53,983 nt of DNA from Pseudogymnoascus verrucosus (lineage: Eukaryota): the NCBI GenBank assembly GCA_001662655.1, contig KV460292.1. One strand, given 5' to 3'. A model generated the notes under the pieces. The model was not told the origin of the DNA. It did not search any database and was given only the letters and a program-made list of their open reading frames with translations. Positions within the stretch are counted from its first letter, which is position 1; each line of letters begins with the position of its first letter. The position numbers were made by a program, and so were the translations under genes. This document shows positions 11,216-22,192 of the stretch, piece after piece.

Positions 11216-12793
11216 ATGGCCCATTCGAGGGCTCCCTCAAGGGCTGGCATTCTCGAGGAGTACGATATGGAACAGCTGCGCGACAACGGCGACGGCAGGG
11301 GACCTTCGAGGAAGAGCAGCCCTAGCCGTGCTCTACTACAGATCCTCGAGACAGAAGATCTCGATGCCGAGATGAAAATATTTCCTCCCCGACCACACTC
11401 CAGCGTCCGCGGACCCCTCATTCTCATCAAAACCTTCGTCGTCGCCTTTATAACGACTCTCATACCCAGCTTCTTGCGCAGATCACCCGACGGAGCTGCT
11501 AGCAAGAAACTGCATCCGACAGCTTACCTCGATGGGCTCCGCGGCGTTGCTGCCTTTATCGTCTTTATCCACCACTACATCATTGACTGGTACCCGATGC
11601 TGTGTCGCGGATACGCGTCCTCCGAGCCCGCGCACTCGCGGTACTTCCTGCAGCTGCCCTTGATCCGCGTCGTCTACTCCGGTCGCGGCATGGTGTCCGT
11701 CTTCTTCGTCATCTCGGGGTACGTCTTGAGCTACAAGGCAATCCGCTTGATGCGCGCACGGCAGTACTCCGTCCTCCTCGATTCCCTCGCCTCGTCCATC
11801 TTCCGACGAGGCATGCGCCTGTTCATCCCCATCACCGGGTCGACATTCATATCCATGCTCTTCTGCCGCTGGGGCTGGTACTCGCAGGACCCAATGGGAA
11901 GAAATACGATCCCGGCGCGCCGCGGCGATTTCTGGTTCCAATTTAAAGACTGGTGTCACCACGTCGTTCGCGTCTCGAACCCTCTCCTCGACGTCAACGG
12001 CAGGGACCTATACGCCCCCCCCTACGACGGCCATCTCTGGACAATCCCCATCGAGTACCGCGGCTCCATAATCGTCTTCCTGGCGCTGCTCTGCGTCGCG
12101 AAACTGTGGCCCTGGCTGCGCCTCTCCGTGCTGGCCGGCATGGTACTCTACAGCATCTGGGACTCGCACTGGGAAGTGTTCCTGTTCCTCTCTGGGATCC
12201 TCTTCTGCGATATCCACTTCCAGGCTGCGTCCCTTTCCCTTCGCGACCACAACCTCCACCTCGACAAGTCTCATCATAAATTTGCAAAAGAAGCCCTACT
12301 CATCATCACCTCCCTCTTCGCTCTCCACCTGGTCTGCTTCCCAGACGAACATGCAAACACCACCCCCGGCTACCGCACGCTGATTGGCCTGACCCCGCGC
12401 TCCTCCTCCGACCAGGGACTCACCCAGCGCTTCTGGATGGCCATCGGCGCATTCCTCCTCGTTGGCGCTATCAATTTCTCCACTTTGCTGCAGCGCCCCT
12501 TCACCACGCCTCTGGCGCAGTACCTAGGCCGCATCAGCTTCGCGCTGTATATCGTCCATGGGCCCGTGCTGTATACCCTCGGGATGAAGATGCTGTTGCC
12601 CGCGGTGCGCGACTGGAATCACGGGGGTGGTTGGGTGAATTACGCGCTAGGGGCGCTGGGGGCGTGGGTTGTGAATTTGGTAGTCTGTGTTGTCGCGGCA
12701 GATGTCTTTTGGAGGGAGGTCGATGCGAGGAGTGTGGGTTTTGCGGGGTGGGTGGCGCAGAAGTGTTGGGATAGGGAGGAGACGAGGGGTTAG
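11216..12793 (+). CDS. Acyltransferase-3 family membrane O-acyltransferase, intronless
   Basis: Motifs AYLDGLRGVAA, VSVFFVISGYVL, RRGMRLF, LWTIPIEYRGS and YLGRISFALYIVH. The first ATG is at 11216. Confidence 0.93.
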   Translation: MAHSRAPSRAGILEEYDMEQLRDNGDGRGPSRKSSPSRALLQILETEDLDAEMKIFPPRPHSSVRGPLILIKTFVVAFITTLIPSFLRRSPDGAASKKLHPTAYLDGLRGVAAFIVFIHHYIIDWYPMLCRGYASSEPAHSRYFLQLPLIRVVYSGRGMVSVFFVISGYVLSYKAIRLMRARQYSVLLDSLASSIFRRGMRLFIPITGSTFISMLFCRWGWYSQDPMGRNTIPARRGDFWFQFKDWCHHVVRVSNPLLDVNGRDLYAPPYDGHLWTIPIEYRGSIIVFLALLCVAKLWPWLRLSVLAGMVLYSIWDSHWEVFLFLSGILFCDIHFQAASLSLRDHNLHLDKSHHKFAKEALLIITSLFALHLVCFPDEHANTTPGYRTLIGLTPRSSSDQGLTQRFWMAIGAFLLVGAINFSTLLQRPFTTPLAQYLGRISFALYIVHGPVLYTLGMKMLLPAVRDWNHGGGWVNYALGALGAWVVNLVVCVVAADVFWREVDARSVGFAGWVAQKCWDREETRG

Positions 12794-13250
12794 TTGCGAT
12801 GGAGTAGGGATACCATAGTATGTTCACGGCTTGGATGGTCTGTTGCACCTCCGCAACTGAGCGTTGCTGGATGTTGAGAGCATCTCGTCCCCAAACCCTC
12901 CCCCCCCTCTCCCCTTTCCCCGGCTACTCGCCCTCTCCTCTAATAATGCCGTATTCAACTGTCGATTGGACATTAACTAGTCATATAACCATTAGATAGT
13001 GTAGTAATTCAATTGATTATATTATTCTATATACTGTATTCTACTGTTGAAGCCTCTGTTCTGCTGCCCGTAAGAGATCCATTACGGTGACCAGAGATTA
13101 CCACACAATTCTGTGTGTGGTTCTCCGTACTCCGCAATTACCTCCAACAAATACAAAGTTAATACAATCCCTATTACTCTATTTTTTTCCTGATCTAGCT
13201 ATTTACATGTCTATAACAAGCTGCTATCTTTGTTGATGAATGTACGTACA

Positions 13251-14685
13251 ATGGCACAAGATGAAGGCGTCCCTCTCCAAGAAAGACCACCGTCAAACTT
13301 CGACATTAGAGAGCATGATTTACGCGGGACTGAACTCTTCAATGTCAATCAAGCCAACTTAAGGCACTCAGAATCGAATAGAAAGAGGGCTTGCGTTTTA
13401 GTGGGCTCTGCAATATTAGAACTGCCGATATGGGGTGAATTAAGTTCCCCATTGCAATTGCAACTAAGCTAATGACACACGTAACTCAGGGTTTGCAATG
13501 AACTACGGCGTCTTCCAAGAATACTATTCCAGTAACTGGACGCTGCAAGGGAGCCAAAGATGTCACAGGTATTATTGGTACAACTTATAACGGCGTTATG
13601 TAGCTCTCCATACCCTTCTTGTTCGCGTTATTCACCAAGCGATGGGCTCATAGACGCCGGACCGGAGCTCTTTCCGGCGCTGCACTCACATGCGTCAGCT
13701 TCCTCCTGTCCTCGTTCAGCACTCACGTCTGGCATTTAGTTGCGACGCAAGGAGTTATGGTAGCGGTAGGATGTGCGCTTATCTACAGCCCGATAACTCT
13801 GTCGCTTGGCGAATGGCTCAATACCAGCAATCGAGCTGTAGCCTACGGTGTTGTCTTGTCCTGTAAAAATATCGTGGGGTCTGCTTGCCCGTTTCTGCTG
13901 CGGGTACTTCTGGATAGGTACGGTCCTACTCTGACGTTGAGAGTCTGGATCGCCATCGCGGCCGGAACTAGCATTCCCGCAATATTTTTAATACCGACCC
14001 CGCCTTCAAGTATATCCCAAGGCCTTCATCGAACCCGCGGAATCCCTTGGCAGTTCCTTAAACATCGAACTTTTAACATCTACAGCATCGCCATTATACT
14101 ACAGGCCTGTGGGTATGGAATTCCGCAAACATTCCTAACCACATACGCCCACGATATAACTCTAGTGTCTCAAACCTCAGCTACCCTTCTGCTCACTCCT
14201 TTCAACATACCCGGAATCGTTGCATCCTCCTTCTTTGGGTACTTGAGCGACAACAAACGCTTCCCGCTTTCGGCGACAACTGTAACTGCTAATGCGCCGT
14301 CTGCTCCGCCCTGTCTGCATTCCTTCTCTGGGGCCTCACATCGCAAGGTAGTATGGTACTGTTAGTGGTATTCTCCATCACTTTTGGCTTCTTCGCCGGT
14401 GGCTACAGAGCGACTTGGGGTGGCGTCATTAAAGATGGAACTCGAGGCTGCCTAGAGAAACGAGGCTATTGATTTGGGAATGCTGTATGGTCTGTTGAAT
14501 GGCGCGAGAGGAGTTGGGTATTTAAGTGGTGGGCTTGCTGGCGTGCCGTTACTTGAGGCTGGAAGTGAGAGATTGGTTGGAAGCTTTGGTTATGGAACAG
14601 CGTATGGGCCTCTCATCGTATTTACCGGGATATCGTCACTATTTGGCGGGTGGGATTGCTGTGGAAGTGGAAGAAGTTGCTGATA
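13251..14685 (+). pseudogene. MFS monocarboxylate-transporter-like pseudogene
   Basis: Motifs WGFAMNYGVFQEYY, GCALIYSP and GYGIPQTFL. It is disrupted by frameshifts (~13555, ~14295, ~14432) and in-frame TAG codons (~13601, ~14452). Confidence 0.8.
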
Positions 14686-15001
14686 TGAGACATTGTGAGG
14701 TAAAAGAAATTCTTCTGAGGAAGACTCCACATATACGTACGTTTCCTTTCCGTTTAGGGCCATTTTAGCCTATATCTAACAGTCTCGAGGGGCATCAGAT
14801 ATTCACGCTTTACCATCCTCACAGGTCCCTCATAATTTCAGACCTATGAAATCTCATGACAGCTCCACATAACCAAATGGACGAATACTTTGCAGCAAGC
14901 AGTTTCCCAACTTGTTAAAGCTCTCTTCTTAGCGCTGCTGTAGTCTTTCTTCCATATACAACGCAGGCCGTTGCCATTGCCGTTCGTCTTCTAAGGAGAT
15001 C

Positions 15002-15423
15002 TGTAGAGAAGTATAATAGCAAGTGCTAACTAGAACTAGAAGCATTAGCTACAAGTTAACAATTAACACGGACTAGTCGCTGCTATAATTACCTAACTAC
15101 TCCTATACATAATCACAAAGGCTGGCTAGCATAGCTACATCTTTCATTAGGAAGCTATTATATTCCTATACATATCTACTATTACCTTTCTATTTCACGC
15201 CTAGATTAGTAGGAAGATGATAAGAACAGACTATATTTTATATAATATCCTATAGTTATTAAAATAAACCCCCTATATTTATATTCATTTAATTACAACT
15301 CTCTTAATAGATTTTACTACTGCTCTTACTTTACTTACCTCTAATAACTATAATAGATCTCTTAGAATCAGACTGATACTCGGTAGGCATCGGCGACAAG
15401 CCGGGTCACCCACTGCCACGACA
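15002..15423. repeat. Mildly RIP-affected AT-rich relic, possibly LTR-derived
   Basis: A TpA-rich non-coding tract bounded by TGTAG...CACGACA. No TSD was found. Confidence 0.3.
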
Positions 15424-16121
15424 ATGAGTATCACAGGGTAGACAAGTTATAGAAGGCTTCATTTATCTCTCTAGGTTTAGTTACCCGTCTTTGCTAAGGG
15501 CCTAGGAATGCTTGAGTACTCGTTAATTTGATCGAATACCTAAGGTACTCGCGGACTTGTCGAATACTACTTGGAACGAGTACTATTAGGGCATCACTGA
15601 AGCGGTCCTTTGATGGGGCTAATCTTGATGGCAGTTGTCTCTACAACCATTAACTAATTGCTCCGAGCGCTAGGCCGACTAAATAATAGACTATGATGAT
15701 AGGTATGACGGAGTGTATCCTTGCCTGTGAAGAAAGGAGAGGGAGATGGAGCGTATATGATGGTGATACGAGGGTTTTAATTGATTTTGGTTAAGGCGAA
15801 GGGGGTATGAGATCAAGGCTTGGAGAAGGTAGTTGAAGTGCGCATTCAGGGGTTGGCTCTTAAGAGGATGATTCCGGAAACAAATAAGGTGAATAAGCCA
15901 TTGACTAGGTTGGATGAATTAGAGTTACGGTTAATCAGAAACTGAGTGGGAAGGGCGAAGAAGATAGCGCTAATTACCGATTTTGGGAACAGAAGTGCGA
16001 GGTGGCGAAATTGATGCTAAAAGGAATGGGAAAGTGTTATACGTAGCTATGGCTAGGCATAAGAGACTCATATCTATCTACCTCGCTACATATCTATAAT
16101 GAATAGAGAAAAGGCTCTAAG

Positions 16122-18702
16122 TTATGCCGCAGGAATCGTGAAGACCTGTCGATCACGACTCTCCATAGCTTTCGCGCACTTAGCCCCAGAGCCGCTCAAG
16201 ATAACAGATCTCTGATCTCCCATAGGCAAAATAATGTCGAGATCCTTCCAGAGAGGCACGAAGTTACCCGACTTGTCATACTCTACCACAATATTATCTG
16301 GAGTGGATTGGTACCGGAGTGTAAAAGTTGAGATCTCAGGTCGAGAAGATATCCCGTCATCTTCATACCAAGTGTACGAGTATGTGCTGCTAGAGCCACC
16401 TGCAAATGGAAAGATCTCAACCGCACGATAATCATCTTCCACAACCTTATGTGAGGGGAATCTATGATCTCCGGTTGATCGAGTTTGGATATTCTTTCCG
16501 ACCACGATGCCACCACCAACTCGTGCCAGAAGAGGGATACTCTCTCTCCACTCGGATTTGACCTCTGCCCATTGGCCAGATTTGAAATATTGGTATGGGG
16601 CGTTGAGATTAATATAGCCGTCGTCAGTGCTACCTTTGGAGGGAAGGTACATTCTCGTGGTCGTCTTTCCAGGTTCATATACCCCGCCCACTAGAATGGT
16701 ATCTCCCAGCCAGTACTGAGTCTCGCCAGACATGTTTTTTGGTGTCCATACTTCTGGGTCTGATTCGTAGCCATGACCAATCCAACGCTGAGGAGGAGAA
16801 GCTGACATATGACTCTCGAGCATGAGGGAGTATAAGTATGGAATGATCTCGTAGCGGCGCTTGATCGTGTCGCGGATGAGAGGGGTAATCTCAGGATACA
16901 TCCATGGCTCGATGACACCACCAATTGTGTTATCATTGTCGTCTGTCTTGAAACAGTTGATTGCAAATCGAGGAGAGTAGATACCTAGTTGGACCCAACG
17001 CAAAAGAAGCTCTGGACTCGGCTGTGGACCTTCAAAACCGCCAATGTCATGACCATAACACTGACTTGTTAGTTTGGCACCCGCAGAAATATAGGTGACA
17101 TACTTGAAGCAAGCTAATCCCGGCGTTTAACGACAGCGAATTCGCACCTTTCATCCCATCCCAACTTGTCACATTGTCCCCACCCCATGAACTGGCAGCA
17201 TATCTCATTGTTCCAGCAGTAGCAGATCTGGTGAGAACGAAAGGTCTGACTTCCGGCTCCAACTCAACCAAGGCATGATGAGATGACTTCCCCATAAGCT
17301 CTGTGTGAAGACTTCTTCCCCAGAGGCCAATACTCTTCCCGCTGTTAGGTGTTTCTTGCTCATCGCCATCCAGAGCGCACAGCCAACCATCATCAGGAAT
17401 GGTGTATTCGTTGTTGTCATTCCAAATGCCTTCAATGCCACACTTTCTGAGAGCCTTCACACCCTCATACCACCATTGAAACCCAGCCTTGGAGGTGAAG
17501 TCAATATGGCCCCCTTCGCCACTCTCACCTCCACCAGCACTCCATAGCCGAGCAATTCCTGATTTCTTGGTTCTTGGATCTGTGAAGAAAGCACCAGATG
17601 ATAGTAGTTTGGCATACTCAGGGTGATTGGAGAGAACATAAGGCTTCACATTCGCAATGATGCGAATACCTTCATCGTGGTACTTGGAAACGAAGCCTTC
17701 AGGATCTGGAAACCTGTGTCGATTCCATGTAAAGACATTTCTAGTCTTGGGTTCTGTTTCTGCAACAGTGTATCCAGACGACATCTGAAATGCCGAGCAA
17801 GGAATATCATGCCTCTTGAGTTTTGCAGCAAAGTCCATCAACACTTCAGAAGCCCGAGGCTCATCCACCATCGAATACTTCATACCGCCAGCAATATACC
17901 CAAATGCCCAGCGTGGAACAAGCATAGGGTATCCCACAAGATCTGCATATATCCTGATTACATCTTGGATTGACCTCCCCACCATTAGGTATTCTTCCAA
18001 ACCCCCATAGTCCTGCCGGTAAACCTTGAAATGTCCCCAGAGTCCATCAATCTCCGCTCCAACTGAGTACGTTCCTCGGCTATGAGAGGTCGAGAATATA
18101 CCAACACAACCTTCCGGGGTTACATTAATCAGAAGCGGGATGTGCTTGTAGAGAGGGTCGGTTCTATAGACATCGTATCCAAAGCAATCTGTTGCGGAGA
18201 GGATGAATTGCCTGTTTGATAGGTTCATAGGTGCAGCTTTCTCGCCCAGGCCAACATGCAATGTGTCCCTCTTGTATTGTGTATAATGTGCAATTCCGGT
18301 GGAATCCACCACATAGGATCGAAAGTTGAGGTCTCGATGGATTGCAGCGCTCTGGCCGGAGAATTGCAAGGAGACAACCGGAGGGCCGCTCCATTCAATG
18401 GTAGCTATAATATCTCCAACTATGGTTGTCTTCTGTGAGGCTGTGGATTCGGAGATAGGTTTGAGACCAGCAAGATCTGTTTTGGGACGAGGACAACTGG
18501 GATGGGGAGGAAGAGGATGAGTTTTCGAAGAGAAAGTTGTTCGGAAGAGTCCCGGACGAACTGCTTGGAAAGTAAATTGGAAGCTTGCATCGCCATCAGT
18601 GGACTCAAGTTGCACATCGGATGCAAATTGTGACTTCCCTTCGCCGAAACCATTCGTTTGAATGGGTACATACTTCTGTGGGGTATACTCGTGTTGAGGC
18701 AT
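16122..18702 (-). CDS. Glycoside hydrolase family 31 (Aec37-like, WNDNNE type), cytosolic, one intron near 17060-17105
   Basis: Motifs GLGEK, DPLYKHIP, PRWAFGY, RFPDP, nucleophile motif IWNDNNE, WGGDN, CYGHDIGGF (after splicing) and WYEDDG. No signal peptide. Confidence 0.95.
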
Positions 18703-18744
18703 TGTGAGGAACTTTAAAGAATAGAGAGTTAGGAAAGGAGCGAT

Positions 18745-19257
18745 GGAAAGAGCGGACGACCTTCCTACTTACCAAATTTCCACATTATGAAACCGAGACC
18801 GGCAAGAATGGTGAAGAAGCTGCTGCGGAGTTTGGTCGACATTTCCCCCCAGATCTCTCGGATTTCGGTTACATCTCCGACGCCAAACCCAAACCATAAC
18901 TTCCCTACATAAACTCACATTTCTTTCCCGAAATCTACGGGGACTCCAGACCCCAGACCCCAGACTCCGTCTCTCCAAATTAGCCCCACAAGAAGGAAAG
19001 AGCGGACGATCTTCCTACTCACCAAATTTCCACATTATGAAACCGAGACCGACAAGAATGGTGAAGAAGCTGCTGCGGAGTTTGGTCGACATTTCCCCCC
19101 AGATCTCTCGGATTTCGGTTACATCTCCGACGCCAAACCCAAACCATATCCCTACATAAACTCACATTTCTGTCCCGAAATCTGCAGGGAACCCCAGACC
19201 CCAGACCCCATACCCCATACCCCAGACTCCGTCTCTCCAAAGTACCACCACAAGAAG
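18745..19257. repeat. Tandem ~250-bp direct duplication in the divergent GH31/MFS promoter
   Basis: Copy A (18745-18994) and copy B (18995-19257) are near-identical. They differ by point changes and by the number of CCCCA(G/T)A heptamers. Confidence 0.95.
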
Positions 19258-19421
19258 CTAATGCGTCCGTTTTCCCTGCTTTCCACCCAGTCGGTGTTTC
19301 CATAAAGAGAGGTGATGGTTCCATCGATCTTTTCCTCCATCACCGAGTGGCAACAGTGTCGCTTGGATTGTACTTCTCATTTCGCACACCTCGTTCTTGT
19401 CTTCGGCATACTCCTTTCAAT

Positions 19422-21557
19422 ATGGATTCTAAACAGGAAGGCGAGTCTGCTGAGCGCAAACCTACTATCGAAGCTATCGAGGATCCGTCCAAGTTTGTTT
19501 TCCAAGTAGCTCATGTAGCAGGCAAGGACCGCGCTGCGGAGCTTCTGGGCAATACCGCCGAACGTATCGCTGTTTCGGAGGCAGACAACAGACGAATCCT
19601 TAGGAGAATCGATTTTACTCTCCTTCCTATTATGCTTGGAGTCTACTTTCTCCAACAACTCGACAAGTCCACGCTTTCCTACGCCTCCGTTTTTGGGTTA
19701 ATCACTGTAAGATTTTGGTGGATTGAGATCCACTCTGTCCTTGAAATCCCATTTCTGTATGCTGATGGGCCGTCTGTATCCAGGATGCGCACCTTGTGGG
19801 CCAAGATTATTCCTGGCTCGGCTCTATAGTTTACATAGCTCAGCTTGTCGCCCAACCTATAATCGCATACTTCTTAGTCAAGCTTCCCACTGGAAAGTTC
19901 GCTGCCTCTATGGTGCTAAGCTGGGGTATCGTGTTGAGCTGTATGGCTGTCACCAAAAATTTCAAAGGCTTGCTTGCTACCAGGTTTTTCTTGGGCTGCT
20001 TCGAAGCGTCAGTTGGTAAGTGGTCCTGTCATCCAAGGATACTCTTCGCTGACGCACTTAGCTCCAACCTTTGTGGCCATCACCCAGATGTGGTGGAGAA
20101 GAAGTGAGCAGACGTATCGAAACGCAGCCTGGTATTCAATGAATGGTATTACCAATATGGTGAGCTAGTCTTCCTCCTTTCCAAGCCGTTGCTAATCCAA
20201 GTTGAGGTTGGAAGTCTTCTCGCGTATGGGCTTGGTCATATCAACTCCGGCGAATTGCATTCGTATCAGGTAAGAGCCTTCTCGTTAGTTTTCGTGCCTC
20301 TCTCACTCGCGATAGATTATATTCTTAGCTTGTGGGCTTCTAACTGTCGTGTTCTCGATACTTGTCTTGTAAGCCACAAATCCTCCGAGTTCAGTTACCC
20401 TACCTAACTTTCAAAGTCTCTTTATGGCCGACTCCCCAGTCGATGCCAAGTTCCTCAACGATCATGACAAGGTACTTGCTGTTGAACGACTTCGTGACAA
20501 CCAAATGGGTGTTGTTTCAACCGAGTGGAAATGGGACCATGTGGTTGAAAGTCTACTCGATATTAAGACTTGGTGTTGGTTTGCTTTGATCTTCTCCATA
20601 TCGTGAGTTTCTATCTGCTGTTGACGATTGCACGATTCTGATGGGAACAGGATTCCTAGTGGAGGCATCACGACCTTCGGCCCGCTAATTGTCAACTCTT
20701 TCGGCTTCAATAAGTTCAGTACCATCCTTCTTAACATTCCTTTTGGTGCCGTCCAAATCGTCGCTACAATGGGTGGAGCAGCATTTGCAACTTGGACAAA
20801 ACGCAAGGGACCAGCCCTCGCATTGCTCTGTATTCCACCAATTGCTGGATGTGTCATGTTATTAGTTCTGGAGCATACTAAGTCCAATCGTGGCCCTCTT
20901 TTGGTTGGATACTACTTGGTACGTCTCTGCTTACACAGTAAACTTTGAAAAGATGCTGACTCACCGTTGTAGATCTCATTTTACCCTGGAATTTGTACGC
21001 TTCTCCTGGACTGATAATCTTGGTATATGCTAATACACTCCAGCACCACTCATCTTCTCGTGGTCGTCTCAGAATACGGCTGGTGAAACAAAGAAGAAGA
21101 CCACCACTGCTGTCTTATTCATAGGCGCTAGTGCAGGCAATGTTAGTCGCACCTTCCTACAACCGAATCTTTCCGTTTTAACTATTCTAGATCATTGGAC
21201 CCCACCTCTACACCACAGCTGAAGCACCTCGCTACAAGCGTGGTCTGGTCTCTAGTCTCGTCCTCTTTATCATCCTCATCATTCTCGTCGTGTGAGTCCC
21301 AACGACCCTTTGTCTTGGCACCGCAGCTAACATCCGACAGTCTCACGACACTTCATCTCATATACCTTAACAATAGGCATGCTGCCTGCAGAACGGCACT
21401 TGGCAAGTCAGCCGTCATTGTGGATAGATCTATGATGAATGCTCAAGAGCGTGCGATAAGCGATGAAGCTGAAGAGGGGAGAGATCCTTCTGGGAGTGAC
21501 AAAGCGTTTGATGATATCACGGACTTGAAAAACGAGGACTTCATCTTCGTGTACTAA
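19422..21557 (+). CDS. MFS transporter, anion:cation symporter (allantoate permease Dal5-like) family, many introns
   Basis: Motifs RILRRID...LQQLDKSTLSYA, YSWLGSI, RFFLGCFEAS, MWWRRSEQ, AVERLRDNQMG, NTAGETKK and AFDDITDLKNEDFIFVY. Confidence 0.93.
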
Positions 21558-22192
21558 AGCGGCTGTTTATTCTGGGTTCAGTCAAATGTTGAATCATACG
21601 TACGGTTTGAATTGGATAAAATATTGGAGCTCGTTGCTCATTGCTCAGTCCATGTTTTATTTCTCCCGCCTGAAGTAATACTATTTCTGCTGTAGAAAAA
21701 GGTATCCAGTTTTTCAAGGTAGCACTCTTACAGTCACGGCTCACTCACGAAGCTCTACCTCTTCTCCTCCATCAAATTTCTCGTGTACATCCTCTGGTTC
21801 TACCTCCCGCATTCGTCTTGAACGCGCTGGGGATATAATACGAACCCAACCGCTGGTGTGGCTTACCGTTATCGGGCTCCTTGGTCATGCTGTCGCTGTA
21901 TATTCACATGGCATTGGCGAGGTACGACACAGGTTACTTGACACTGCCGCTAGCAGTATTGAGTCAATTATCGACGATGCAGCAACGTAGCTACCATTGT
22001 CTAGAAGAGGGAGATGATGAGTCGTCGTGTAGGAATAGAGGGAAGGATAAAGCCAGGGGAGAGATGTTGTGGATGTGACATTGGACGTGTCTGCGATGTC
22101 TTATATGGGAAATTCAGAAGGGTTAATTCGTAGGACACCAGTTTTATTGTATTACAAAAAAGGCGCGAGAAATTGAGTTGAGATCCTCTACT

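Noticed and set aside
11098..12848. Multiple overlapping ORFs around the acyltransferase
   Set aside because: These are shadow ORFs caused by high GC and codon bias.
16122..18702. GH31 as a sulfoquinovosidase (prompted by the anion transporter next door)
   Set aside because: It lacks the WMADFGE nucleophile motif of YihQ-type enzymes and has WNDNNE instead.
18769..19324. Two near-identical small ORFs ending RFHNVEIW
   Set aside because: They are by-products of the promoter duplication, with non-ATG starts and no coding signal.
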